A program made the position numbers and the translations under genes. Of a stretch of DNA of 64,000 bases, positions 10,143-23,900 are shown piece after piece. The notes under the pieces are model-generated. The model had not been told where the DNA came from, ran no database searches, and worked only from the letters and a program-made list of their open reading frames with translations. The stretch's first letter is position 1, and each line of letters begins with the position of its first letter. Source of the DNA: Stylophora pistillata (taxonomy: Eukaryota); the NCBI RefSeq assembly GCF_002571385.2, contig NW_019217795.1, positions 524,767 to 588,766 of the forward strand. Reading direction: 5' to 3'.

Positions 10143-13100
10143 ATGGCGTCCGCGAAGGAGAAATCGGCCAAGCGATCGCCAACTAGAACTGACACTACGG
10201 GAGAAAATACGAGTACCCCGACTGTGATAAACACGTTTGCTAACGATGGCAGTTTTCTAGAACTTTTTAAGAAAAAAATGGAAGCAGAGGCTAAAAAACT
10301 TCAGCCGAAATCTGAAAGTACGTTAGGGCAAAGTACAAATTTTGAAAAGAAAGATGACAAGATATCAGACGAGGAATCGGGTCCAAAGAAAGATAATGAT
10401 GGCAAAGCTCCTGGACTTTCGCTTTCATTGACACAGCAGGTCTGGTTTAGTGAAGAAAGAATGATAGAGTTGTAAGCTTTAAAGGGAAACATTCCTCTGT
10501 GGAATGTCTCGTTTCGCGCGGGTGAACGAGAAAGATGTGTATTTGAAAATTGAAATTGTTTCAATTTCGTTATAAGATAATGAGGGGTTGCATACCGACG
10601 TTTTACGTTGCAGTGCTCTTCCATTGCTTTTGCTAACGGAAGAAAACTGTTTTTAACATTGTTTTCTGAAGACTTGGTGAAGCTGCCTTTGTAATAACAT
10701 CTGCAAATGGTTAGACTTTCTAGTCTTCTCGGATAGGGACGATAAATGGAGGTCCCGTCTCCTGCAGAGTTGGGGTAGGAGACGTTAATTTCCCACACAC
10801 GAGATTACTGTGTGATGGATGTCCTCCCTGGGGTGGGATGGGTGGGTATCAAAGGGGTTAGGTTTCAATTGGAACGAAAGTTCTGTTCCTTTCTCCTGCA
10901 ATTCCTGTGGCGAATGAATCAAACTTAAAACTAACTTAAGTGTCTGATCGAAACCACGCAATTTAGAAAATAGAATTTTTTGCTCGTTTGGTGAAGTTAA
11001 AAAAATTCTTGATTCATTTTTTGACCACATTTCAATAAGACCGCGATTCAAAATCACCAGTTGTAAGATGGTTGTAATCAGACACAGAAGGAAACATTTC
11101 AAGCGGCATTTACCAGCTGTTTGGGCTTGATGTTATCTTACGGTATTAGTATTAATCTAACAAATCTAGGGTAAGAGGCATTTTGCTGTTGGAAAGATGG
11201 GTGGTGCTTCACGGCAGATTTATGCAAAGAAAATGAAGAAGGAAAAAGATGCAGCTGAGGCAGCAAAAAAGGCTCAGTTAGAGGTGAAAAAACAGTACTT
11301 GTTAATGCAAGTTAGTTCGGAACGGACCATTATTTTTCTGGAGGGGGGTATGAGAAATATTGAAAAAAAAATTGTTTGTAGGGTCTGAAAAGACAATAAA
11401 TTGTTTGCAAACGTGATAGGGTAAAAAAATGTTTGCAGAGAAGTGAGGTAAGATATTACAAAATGTTATTACCAAAGTATATCGACAAAATAAGTGGCAA
11501 TAGCACTATTTATTATGTTCTTCGTAAAATAGTTCAATAGAGCAACAGAAATATTTACCACAAATAAGAGAACATGGAAAAAAAAATGGAAGAAAACAGT
11601 GTTTGCACAAAGATAATGTTGGAAAAAAATGTTTGGGGAGATGTATATGTTTAAAAAAAATGTTTGCAGAAGAAAATTTCTCATACCACCCCTCCAGAAA
11701 AATAATGGTCTGTCCCTTAGGGCCTCTGGTTCTAATCTCACTTAAAAGATGAAGTCTCTTTACAAGATTGACGTAGTAGATTCTATTGCTAATCAGTTAC
11801 TTTAACCAGGAGAGACTGTAGGTCTTGCAGTTTTACAGCAGGTTACTCAAGAAGCCAGAGTCGCTCTCGTCTAATGCTTCATGTGACTCTTACACTTATT
11901 TCGTGCTTTGCAACCTCCCACATACATTCATAACTTAAATAGTGTATGCTGTGGTGTTTACCATTGGTTAAGTTTTAGCCAAGAGTGTGACACACTGACT
12001 TGTGCATGGCTAGAACCCAGACATTTCGATCAGGACTCCAGTGTCCAATGAACCCTTCTTATGTCTCAGAACCATTGATTTTCAGCCATCAAGGTCAGGT
12101 TGTAAACCATTCCTTGACCATTATTCTGCAGGGGATTGATTAGGGGCTGGGCACCAGGCAAATTGACCAGTTGTGAGGACGGTTTTGCCCACTTGGTTTG
12201 ACAATCTAGAGGAAAGTTTATCTTATAAAGAAGTTCAGTTCAAAAAGTTTTGCCTACCTGCGAAAACCAGTTGCTTTCCTGCTGAAGACATTAATGAAAC
12301 CCCTGATTCTGCCATTGTTCCTATTTGTTTCTCTTAACTTTTTTAAATGACTTCCCCTTTGGCTACTGAAATATTGCTTAACCTTTTATCTCCCAAGATC
12401 TAACTGTTAATTCTCCCCTTTTAGCTAGATCAAGAATAAATATATCACTGAGTATTTTTATGAGTTGTGCTGAATTTTGACGAGCCCGTAGGGTGAGTCA
12501 AAATACAAATAACGAGTAAAAATACTCAGCAATACTACACAACAAAACGTCTAATAACTTATTTATTATCCAACATGCCAAATTGTTATTTAAGTGCGGG
12601 CGAATTCCGCAGATATTTATTTACGGGAAATGTGTGACATAACTATGCGAAGCGGAATGGAACTGGCACATTGTTGTGTTGTTTCTATTTTCTTCAATAA
12701 ATGAAGGAATTTCCTGGTCATCTAGCTGTTTTTCTTCATTTGATTCATCTAATAAACTTGGATTTATATTTGCCAGCCATTCCACTCTTCATCATCAGAA
12801 AAATGATTCAAATTGCCTGCCATTTTTTTTTCATAACTTCAATTCTTCACTTGCACGATGGAAGAAAACCTGTTTAACTGATTCTCTGGAGTACAAATAC
12901 CATGTGATATTTGTACTCGTCTATGGCGTTATTTATACTCTATGGAGTGTAGTTGGATAATAACAACTTCTACTTGATAGGTTGAAGTATTCTTATTACA
13001 CGACTCGGGCAGTCAGAGGGCCAATAACTAAAATCAACCATTCAAAATGCTCTACTGCCGGTCAATATTCTCTCATTATTACCTGTTTGCTGGATAATGT

Positions 13101-13572
13101 ATCAATATTATAAGAAGTTACATATTAATATTATTATTATATTATTATTATTAATACTATTATATCACTTCAGGGAGTCAAAGGGTTAAAAAGATGAGTG
13201 AGAACCATCCCTGTAGAAATGAATATGGTTTTATTCTATATACAAGGCTAAAAGGTTAGGAAAAAATTATTAAAATGTTTGAACCAAACATTTTCGGCTG
13301 TCTGCCATTGTCAGGGTTGGAAATGTTTGGTTCACACATTTTAATAATTTTTTCCAAATCTTTTAGCCTTGTATATAGAATATACTTTACTAAGCGAACA
13401 TTATGGACGAATATGGTTTTATCACCAACTTTTCAATCCTTGTCTGTTTGTTTTTCTGTAACAGGAAGAAAACAAATCTTCAGCATGGAAAGCTTATATG
13501 GAGGAAGTTAAAAAATATAAGGAGATGAGTTGTTCAGATGATAGCGACAGAGTGACACCGCTCGTGAAATGA
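10143..13572 (+). CDS. TRIR: Telomerase RNA component interacting RNase (C19orf43 family), ~172 aa
   Basis: Exons 10143-10439, 11170-11283, 13465-13572. Family motifs NTFANDGSFLELFKKKME and the C-terminal AWKAYMEEVKKYKEMSCSDD...PLVK. Confidence 0.9.
10668..10848 (+). mobile_element. 5'-truncated tRNA-derived SINE (Nin/Deu-like central domain)
   Basis: Closely similar to the body and tail of the copies at 21445 and 37255. Confidence 0.75.
11314..11719. mobile_element. MITE in TRIR intron 2
   Basis: ~35-bp inverted ends ACGGACCATTATTTTTCTGGAGGGG...CCCCTCCAGAAAAATAATGGTCTGT. Confidence 0.7.
13232..13385. mobile_element. Palindromic MITE
   Basis: ATTCTATATACAAGGCTAAAAG...CTTTTAGCCTTGTATATAGAAT, arms ~60 bp. 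Confidence 0.7.
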
Positions 13573-15525
13573 CCCACATCTACAGAATCTCTGCATTATA
13601 AAATTTAGGATAACATAATTCAGGCTTTTCAAAATTACTTAACTTTTATACTTAAAATAATCCCTTTTTTTCCTTCTTCTTTTTGTAACCTAGAAATGAA
13701 GTCTTTTAAGTTGTTTGTTGCATCCTCGTCCTAAACTCGCAAGGAGAGAAACTAGGAGACAGCTATCAAATTCATCCCATCTTTAGTTTCATTAGGCTTT
13801 GCTAAACACAAGTTTAACTATGGTGTATGAAGTAATTCAAATGTACCGTCATGGTTTGGATATAAATAAGCATGCACTTGGGGTGTTGTGGGAGAAGATG
13901 GGAAATATGACACAGCTTGGGGATGTAGGCAGGGGATTTGAGTATGCGGTTGAGGAAGGGTCTGCGACTCTCTCATTCTCACAAGTGTTCCTTTTTGTTT
14001 CTCATACTCGTTATTAAATCTAAATGGGAGCCCGGTTATCAATTATACTTTGATAAGTTTATTGTGACTGTCCAATAAGTACGGTACATAGGTCTGTAAA
14101 TTTTTTCAAAGGTATAGGAAATGAACGACTTCTTATGGGAAGAAAAATCTTTTGATCCCTTTACATAAGTCTTCAAAAATGTATCTTACTTCTGATGAGT
14201 TAAGACCCCAAATTCGTGCAAATGTTCAATAGTTAGGTTCTTCCTCTATTGAAATTCTTTCTGTAGTTGAAGGTATTTTATAATCACTTCCACAAGTAAA
14301 AATCAGAAGGCCAGGTTCTAGGTTCCATTGTTCATGCTTTAACAATCTGGAGCTCAGTTTTGATGCAAAATTATTGCATTACATTACTCACTCCCACAGA
14401 GATCCCTTTCAATTTTGGGAATTGCGTACCGTCTGTCTTGTAATGTGATTATTTGTGTGATCACACTATATGATTAATTGTTATAGTCTGATCATCAACC
14501 ATATGTTTGTTTTCTGTAAGAAGAATTACTTTGATATTTGGATGGATTTGCATATTAAACATACTGGTAACAGTATGGTATTTCAATATTTAAAATATGG
14601 GTTCTTGTAAAAACGTGCAGAGTTTCTGTGCCTTTCCAATGGTTGTAAATAAACTGCTTAGCATAACTGTTTATTGGTGACTTATAAGCTTAGTAATACA
14701 CAAGGCTGTCAATAAGTGTTGAGAGTAGAAGGTAAATAAGAAATATTAGGTGAACAGCATATAGAAGAGGCCATATTGTTCTTTCAGATTACACGCAAGA
14801 CTTGAAACTTTTCAATTAGAATGTCCAACATTCCACATAGTTGGCGTGAACTGTTAAGCTATTTCTGAGCATGGAACTGATTCATTCACCTAACCCTGTT
14901 ACAGGTAAATTATGCATTCAATTCTAATCAAAACTGGGAAATGGTGGCTTTACTATTTCCACTGTGGTCTTTCAGTAGTTAAACAACTTTTTCATCAACA
15001 CTTAAGGTAAAATGAGTTGAAAGAAGCTGGTAAAAGATGGTGGACTAGCTGGCTACTGGCTCTCACTGACTGCCAGGAGTAAATAAGTGTTAAATGCAAT
15101 GAAATTTAAGGTGGAACTTTACATCTGTATGTTTGCTTAAAGGCCAAGAAAGGCTAACAATTTTCCTCAAGGAGTAATTGAATGTCAAGACCTTCTTGAG
15201 AGAGAGATGACCTCCTGTAAAAGTTCCAAATGTGCATTAATTGTTCTAAGCCAAGTGAAAACTGAAAGAAGCACTACACCTCAAGTAGTTCTCCTTGGTT
15301 AAATGTTTTTTCACATGAGGCTGGTACTTGCTAAAACATCATTGACCCTGCTGAACAAGTTAGCAATTACATATGTGTTATACTTGCATGGCAGAAAGAC
15401 CTTGATGGTTTGCTCAGCTTCTGGTGCTTATGTGCCCATTCCGTTTGGGGGGTGAGGGGGGGTTGTGCGAGAGAGGGTGATCATCTTAAGACACAAGTGG
15501 AGTGGATTAATAACAAAAAATAACA

Positions 15526-18500
15526 TTAATCCTTTTTGGTTTTACCACTGCCCTTTTTACGGCACGCCTGGCACAAAAATCTACACATTAATCCTATCAC
15601 AATGACAGTGACAGTTACTACTGCAAAAAGGAAAGCTATGACGTCAAGTAAATAGTACTGGTACCAAGGGATGTTAAACACTTGAGCTTGGAGGTGCAGA
15701 GCTCCATCATGTCTGAGTGAATATTCTATCCAGTCGCAGGCTTTTTGAAGAGGTGTTTGTGGACGATCCCTCAAAAGACCTGAAATGTGCATTGCTTTTG
15801 CTTTATATCTGCAGAAAGAATAAATTTCAAGTAAAAGTTTTTCAGTGGAAGTTAATTGCCATGTGACTTTCCCTGGTACCAAAAAAGACCAACCAACTGG
15901 TCCTATTAAAAGCTGCACATATAAAGAAACAACCCCCATTTACTCATGGACTATCCCAAAATGAGAACAAAGCATTATCATTAAGAAAATAACTACCACT
16001 AAAATCTAGGTATTGATCAAGATAAATATTTGATTTTACAAATTGTATCACAGTACACACCGTGATTCAACAATAACTTGCTCAATTGTTTCAAACAGCT
16101 TCTCAGCATTGTTGCTCTTATGATCCACAACTAGACCAAGGCCCAAATGCTCTGCTTTCTTAGCATTACTATCCTGGTCTCCACCCAGTGGAAATGCCAC
16201 TAATGGAACTCCATAGTATGCAGACTCGTAAAGACTGTTGTGTCCAACATGAGAGACAAAAGCTTTGATGTCCTTGTGAGCCAGGAGATCACTCTGGGGT
16301 AACCAGTCCATTACTTTGATATTTGAGCTAAGATTGGATGGGATATAGCCTACCAGAGAGAAAATAGATTCATATCAGAAAGTCAAACCCAACTCCAAGT
16401 CATGAGATTGAGTCACTTGTATAACATAAATTTTTGTCTGCTGCTGATTTTTTAAATTCTCTCATTTACTCCAATTTGCTTTCCCGTTGCATCTGTTGCC
16501 ATTTTCTTGCATGCAGTTGGCACTAATTGCTTACTACAATTGGCTTACAGTAATTTTGTCTGCTACATTTCCTGAGAATCAGCATTTATTCAATGAAGTT
16601 TCTTGCAGTTAGCATGACTTTAATTTGTTAAGAGTAAGCATTTACCTGTTACTGTTTAATACACAGAGGGATAGAATGACAAATGCATCAAACAAATCAA
16701 TTGATGAAATACATTACTTTTGAAGTAGTAACTCAGGTTGTAAGAGCAAATAGAAAATACATTTTCAGTTACTATAAATACCTTTAAGTCTCCAAATAAC
16801 TTTTTGTTTCAGTTTTCCAAATGCTGTAGCTAGCATGTCTACTTTCTCCCTTTGAAGGACTGAAGCCACCATTGAGCCAAAGGAACAAATAATAAAACCA
16901 TGAACCCCTGAATTGCTGATAAATTCTTCTAAGTCAGGGGGGAGAGATTGAGCATCTTTCACATTCAGTGGTCCAATCATGATTTGGCCTGTTGAAGATA
17001 TGTAATGGAATGATATTTTTATCTTATATAATGCTTTATTTGACTAACTCTGGTTGTGAAAAATCTTTGGAATATATTCAATTCCCTAATCCTTGGGTGC
17101 CAACCATGATCATGAAATCTTCTAAGCTAAACCAGGTGCCATTAACTCTTGGGATAAAGTACTTACACCCTTTCAACTACCAAAAGTTGGTGAAAGTGCA
17201 ACTATACCGACCTCACTGGTAAATGGGAAATTATTAAATTAAAAATATGTCATTCAACATTTTACCAGTAACTGGTGAAGAGTTGTAATAGCTGGTGGTT
17301 GTAAAAGTTTGATAGAAAGGAAAAATGCTGTAAAAGTGCTGTGAACCACCTTAACATTTCCTACCTGGCAATAGAGGTTGGGGATATTCCAATGCAAAAT
17401 CTGCTAATATCAACAGCAGTTCTACATCGGCAATGGCTTCTTCAAAGCTCCTTTCAACTTTTATGTTGTACTTTACTTTAAGGGCATTCATTGGCTTGTT
17501 AATTGCCATGCTAATGAATAGTTTTTGTCCAAAGTAAAATGCCAAATTTGTAACACGTTCCACAAAAGTCATCTTATCAGTAAATCCCGTAAGAAGAAGA
17601 GGAACATAGGAAAGTGGCATGGGTATCATGTGAAAAGAAGCAGCTGGGCTGTTTGGAGACAAAGGCAGTAACTCAGTGAGAGGAATGTTGTGGCGTTCGC
17701 CAAGTAATGCAGCACAGAAAGAAGAACTGTCATAAATGAGGAGATCACAGTTCTGCAACTCCTTCAGGACTTCAGAGGAAGTTAAAGCACTTTCACACAT
17801 AACTCGAAAGACATCTTTCATTTTAAACAACAGCTCAAGCAGTTTCCCTTCCAGTTCAAGTGGCACTATAGTATTCTCCATGAAGCCTGGTTTGTATGGA
17901 ACTTGGTAGATCTTGTGTGGCACTTTCTCACTCGGTTTGAATTTTTCAAACGATGATGCAACAACCAAGACAACCTTTAAGAATCAAATACATGGTTACA
18001 TAAACCACCTTTCTGCTTGATTGTGTATCGATCTTGAAAGGAGAAATTTATCACTTTGGTCATCCCTTGGGGCAAAAGGCTTAAACTGTCTGCAGGTGCC
18101 CAAAATCAAGAAAAAAAATCCTAATAAAATTGAAACGATACTATTAAAAATAATAATAATCATCATTATTATTATTACTATTATTATCAATAATAATAAA
18201 ATGATTGTTTAATAGTATAGCAATCATTGTAACTATTATCATCATTAATAGTGTCTTCGTTGGATAGATCTGTAACAGAACAAAAAAATTTTGAATGAGA
18301 TCAGCATTGTATCAGGGCGATAAACTTATGCAAGCGTGCAGCGAGACTCATGTTACGTATAAAGAGGTTCACCTCGTGTCCCCTAGAGGCCAGTTCCTCT
18401 AAGACGTTTCTCGTGTTAATGTATTGTGATCCTCCTATGGCATGAAACCCTACAATACGTGCTGAAAAAGCCGACTTAACGAATAGTAAAGCTAAAAGTA

Positions 18501-18537
18501 GCACCAGGGACAGTGATTTCGTCGAAGGCGTCACCAT
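15526..18537 (-). CDS. UDP-glucuronosyltransferase-family glycosyltransferase, ~517 aa
   Basis: Exons 18537-18373, 17974-17365, 16988-16782, 16349-16061, 15808-15526. Signal peptide, UGT signature WLPQSDLLAH...HVGHNSLYE...PLGGDQ, C-terminal TM helix and KxKxx ER-retrieval tail. Confidence 0.95.
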
Positions 18538-19734
18538 GTTGCGGTTAACTTCGCGTCTCCAAAGTTCTCATTCACCTGGTTACAGAAGCTCAGGAAAAGG
18601 TCACACGTTGTCGCCTTTTCTAAGTCGTCACCCTCGGGTCGTCACCTTCAAATTGCCGCATATAAGGGAGAGACTTCTGCAACTAGAATATGGAAGATGA
18701 CGTGCGTGCTGAGCCGGTCTCTAAGGAATAACCTAGAGGCCTACTATGAACAAAAGCTTTTGGCGGAAATGACGTTATCGTGGATTTACTTTTCAGTTGT
18801 CTCTTCTGGTATGATTGTTGCTGTTGTCACTTCCACGTTGTCCCTTGACACGTTGTCAATATTGACGTGTTGTTGATTTACACGTTGTCCATTACTCGTT
18901 GTTTTTCTTGTCCCTGTTCGTTGGGAAACTGCATGCTCCATCGTCTTTTCGATAGCAGCAACTTAGAAACGAGAGGTGGGATTCAACAACGTTTGACTAT
19001 TTTAGCTTCGTGTATTTTAGACCATTTTAACGTCACTTATTTAGTGGAAAGACCTGCATTAGTAGTGGTATATCATCGCGCCCGCTGATTGGCTAGATCG
19101 AAAGTGATTATCAGGTACTATTCACCTACCAGCATCGCAGGAGACAAAATCGCGCAATAAGAGTTATAGTTGAGTATATAGTATTTTATCAGAAGTAAAG
19201 TGATTTTTTGGTTCTTGAATAATATATTTAAAGAAACAATAAATGAATATTAATTAAAATTAGATAGTAAACGAAATTGTGTGCGAATAGAACAAGACGA
19301 GATATCTAAAGAAAAATGAAAAGGACTAATACAGAAATACACATTCCCGACCACTATTAAGAGAGGACGACTTTTAAACGGGAACGACCTTGGGGGCGGA
19401 TGGCGGTTGCTTTTGGCGCAATTTGACGTATTTTTTTTAGGTTTTTTTTTTTTTTTTGGAGATTTCAGATCCAAATAAAGAAAAAAACTCTCAAATATCC
19501 ACTGCCTAGCACAACTTCCCTTTGATGAAGGCGCGCGACCAAAACAAGCTATATTAGCATCATTAAGGTCCCCACCACAGTGACGTGTTTTCAGGTAACG
19601 TGTTGTCCGTTTTCAAGAAAAATACTTTCACCTACACTAACGTTTCCATATTGCACTCAACCGTCAACACAACAGGGTTTAAGGATTTTAAGGACAGAAT
19701 CAAGTCACAACCACAAAAATCGGCGTCACTGTAA

Positions 19735-20705
19735 GGAATTAGTTAAATGGAACGATCATGTAGATAATGTTACTATGAAAGCGTCTCGACGAATTTACTT
19801 GCTTTAGCAACTCAAGCGTGCTGGCATAGACCATAAGTCTCTAATTAACAATTGGTTCATGCTTTAGCGTGCACTATCGAGTTATGGAGCACGTGGGAAG
19901 TTTGGAGAGCACGAAAGAAGCGTAAGAGTTGCCCGAGGCAATAGCCGAGGGCAACTCTAGCTTCTTCTATATTCTTGAAATATAGCTAATATTTCGCAAA
20001 TGATAAAATGAAGATTTGCAAATGTCAGCAACATGATCGTTAAAGCAAAAATAGCTATCATTTTGGTTTGTATCCATTATTGTCGCGAAATATATTATTT
20101 TTCCCGCGCTAACAATGGCCGCTCGCGCGAAAAAAAAAATTTCTGGCGAAGCGATTTGCTCACGCTATCAGCGTGCACTATCGGGATTTTGAGCACGCTT
20201 ACGTATACTGAATTTGATTTCGCGGCTCTGCTCGCTTTGTTATAATTCTATTTTATCGTGCGTGCATACGTTCCGTTCTGGAATATACATGTCAGGCCTT
20301 CCATACTAGTTTGCCAGCCTATTTGTCCGACCAAATAGAGAGAGTTCAGAAAAGAGTCTTGAGGGATCCTATTCCCAGAGGTTTCGTATAGCAAGGCCCT
20401 GGAAGATGCGGGTTTAGAAACACTCTTCCATAGGCGTGAGGAATTATGTAGCAATCTGTTTAAACAAATAGTAGAGAGTGACCAGCATAAACTAGCTGAC
20501 CTGCTGCCCGCTCGCAATGACAGTGAGAGATATAATTTTAGGACTAGGCGTATGTTTTCAATCCCGAATGTGAAAACAAAGAGGTTTAGAAATACTTTCA
20601 TAATGCACTTTGCAATTAAACAACAATTGTAAATAGAAAATTAATAGATGCATATAACCCAAGGAATTCAGCTTATAGCAGCAAGTTGTGGTTTTTTTAA
20701 TAAAC
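19735..20705 (+). mobile_element. 3' fragment of a CR1/L2-group LINE, split by a ~400 bp insertion (19846-20245)
   Basis: KWNDHVDNVTMKASRRIYLL*QLKRAG, then after the insert LSDQIERVQKR...LETLFHRREELC...KTKRFRNTF, followed by AATAAA. Confidence 0.75.
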
Positions 20706-20917
20706 GATTTACTACAAAATCTCTTTGCTGTTTTCCAATAAAATAATCCTTACAAGGAGAACCCTCTTTGAAAAAAAAAACAACAACAACAACAACGAAA
20801 AACAAAAACCAAAAACAAAACAGAGAAACCACAGCTCTTACCGATCTTCGAATTTATTCACATCACTTCTACTTCTCATACTCTGTTAACATGGGAAAAG
20901 GTTGACAAATAAGGGAT

Positions 20918-23900
20918 TCACTTTCTGGTGTAAATATTGGGTTTTCCTGGTGATGTGAAATAGGAAGGAAGAGGAACCTTAAGAACAGCGGTTTTTGTTA
21001 CAATACTGCTACTGTCACCCATTTCTTTCTTTCCTAACTTCACTTTCGATGATGATACCATACAGCCAACTGCTTTCAGATGACTTGTTAATCTGTAAAA
21101 ACAACAAAAACCATATTAAGCATATTACCCTCTCAGAGTTCCAGCCTTCTTTGACACAACTGTTATGGGCTAGTTTTCCCATAAAGTAAAATACTCTTTC
21201 AGCGACAATATCATGAGCAATGTTTTCAATACCTTGGAATGGGCATCTTGAGGTCTTTCATGATAACTGCAAAGTCTAATGAGAATTCATCTATCATCAA
21301 AGCCAGCACTAATATGTACGACACTAACTTGTCCTTTAGTCGTTTTGGAATAGCCCTGCAGGTCAAAGAAACAAATTTCGGTCAGTGATCACTTACTAAA
21401 ACAGATCAGAGTCAGTATCCTGAACCTGACATTAGCCCTTACTTGTTACGGTTAGCTCAATGGATAGACCGCTGGACTGTTGTGCGGGAGGTCGAGGGTT
21501 CAAGCCCCGGCCGGACCAACACTCAAGGTCTTAAAACAATTGACAAGAATATGCTACCTTTCTATAACATCAAGAAATGGTTAGATATTTTAGTCTTCTT
21601 GGATAGGGTCGAATAAATGGAGGTCCCATCTCCTGCAGGGTTAGGGGTAGGAGACGTTAATTTCCCACGCACGAGATTACTGTGTGATGGATGTCCTCCC
21701 CTGGGGTGAGATGGTGGGATTTATTGGGTAGACTATTCGCATGGTTCGTATATGTTCCATTCTAGTCCTACCCCACTGCTGTAATGCAGTGAAAATGGTT
21801 AGAAAAAAAATTTTATCAGTTAACTGTTGTTAGGTTAGAGAGAGGAGAGCTAGGTGGACAGTTGATCAGCTTTGTCTTACAAGCCACAAAGCCCTGCTTG
21901 TTGCTTTTCCCCATTGCTAGTCCAGTAAGTGAGCTAAAATGTAAACCTGTGATTATGTCACTGACTCAATGAAGCTAGGAAGTTTGATAAGTTGCTCACC
22001 AGTGGATGGAATATTTATGTACTTAGCTATATATACCAGCTCAAAAACAACCGAGAATAGTCTCTGAAGAATACTGATTCTAACCAAATCTCTGTGGTTT
22101 TGAGAGATTTGACAAGCGTTAAAATTCTTGACATCAAGCACTGCAAAGTACTTCTCCTCAGTTTTATATCACTGCAGAAAAGAGACGACTTGTTCTCTAC
22201 ATAGCATACCTGGTTTTTCCCTTTTTTAAAGAAAATGAGGACAACAGTTTCTCCTTAATTCCAGCTGGTACCCCAGGTAAAGGATCTAAAATAAGTAAAT
22301 CATTTGGTATTGGACACTGACATCAGTATTGCAGACTCCCTCTACTGTTTTTCATACATTTCCTAAGGTACTGATGAAGAGAATTTGTGTAACATTTGTA
22401 TTGTTGCCATTCAGACACAAAGAGACTCTCTCCTTCATTGCCAAAGGGTAACTGAACTTTATTAACAAACACATTACACATATAGGAGACGTTAATTTCC
22501 CACACACGAGATTACTGTGTGATGGATGTCCTCCCCTGGGTGGGATGGATGGGTTTACAGGGGGCCATGTGTTAGAAAACTCTTCACTGGGTTAATCATG
22601 TATTTACCCTCTTGAAATAAAGAAAATTGTATTGTATATAGAAGTAGAAGAGTTTACTGACTTATAGTAATTTTACAGCACGCAGGTATTTCCAGTACAG
22701 TAAGATTACTGTAATGGAAGTAGTACATTTACTGAATTAAGTATGAAGTGCTCACCTTAGAACCCATACTGAGCTCAATAAGATAAGATTAAGATAAGTG
22801 CATGTGTAATCAATACACTACAACAATCAAAAGCTTCTTTAGTTGGTGATCATTTCCTTTATTCTCCTTAATGTTTGATCCAGGGGTGCTAATATAAGGA
22901 GCTAGTCAATCTTAGGGGGTCAGAGAGTTAACTTTCATGTCACATAATTTATGCAAGTGGATATAGTATATGAATTCAATCACTTATTAAGGTTACCGTG
23001 CACCTTCAGGGGTGTCTCGCGTGCAAGTGATTTAGTGCATCTGGTTTAAACTGTAGATATCTAAACCCCTATATCAAATTAAAGCTTATAGGACTGGCTG
23101 TCAGACTATACCAAAAATTTTGAAAAAAAATTAATTGTCGAATTTTTCATGACTTCTAAATGCGAGAGCCTGAATCAACTTTTAAGAGCTATAAGTCAAA
23201 GGGAATTTGCTCGATTGCTCTCAAATTTTGACAGTAGCTAGTTTTACATATAAACAATACAACTGTGTCTCAGAATTTTTTATTTCTAAATACTTTTTTT
23301 CAAGAGCGATTTTTGTACAATCACTCCACAATTTTCAAATCCCATTTCAAAAATGTTCTGTAACTTTTCACTGAAATTGAATATGGCAAATCGCAGACGC
23401 GTTTTTTTAGCGCTTTGGCCCCAGAAACGGAGAACCACATTAAATAAGCGAAAAACAAAATTCGCTTTGACATGTAACGTTCAAAAGGTGATTCAGGTGC
23501 TCGCATTTAGAAGTCATGAAAATTCGACAATTCATTTTTTTTTCAAAATTTTTGGTATAGTCTGATAGCCAGTCCTATAAGCTTTAATTTGACATAGGGG
23601 TTTAGATAACTACAGTTTAAACCAGACGTGCTACATCGTTTGCACGCGAGACACCCCTGAAGGTGCACGGTAACCTTAGGACATTGCCTCTTGCCAGAAT
23701 GTTTGGTAAACAAATATCAGCTCACATTTCCTCTCTGCTTACCTTTCTTTTTGATTTCCTGATGGGTGAGGCTGTACAGTGTCAACAAGTATGATAAATA
23801 CAGAAGGCAACATGATTGATGAGATCTCTTCGCAGAGTTGACAGACATCACACTGATATGCTGTAGTACATATTCAGGGAACCTGTTGAGAAATTCATTG

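Noticed and set aside
12282-12305. CTGAAGA...GAAAC hammerhead-like core (similar words at 43911 and 57783)
   Set aside because: No proper helices or cleavage triplet. The 12.3 kb case is the end of a CAGGG...CCCTG MITE.
13799-15300. Coding-looking stretches between TRIR and the UGT
   Set aside because: Short broken frames with no recognisable motif. Possibly a decayed insertion, but not supportable.
21445-21520. tRNA-like sequences at 21445 and 37255
   Set aside because: These are SINE heads without a proper acceptor stem or anticodon arm.
22756-22768. Possible 13-nt micro-exon in POLR1E (CAG...GTGAG)
   Set aside because: It would break the frame, and the flanking exons already join in phase.
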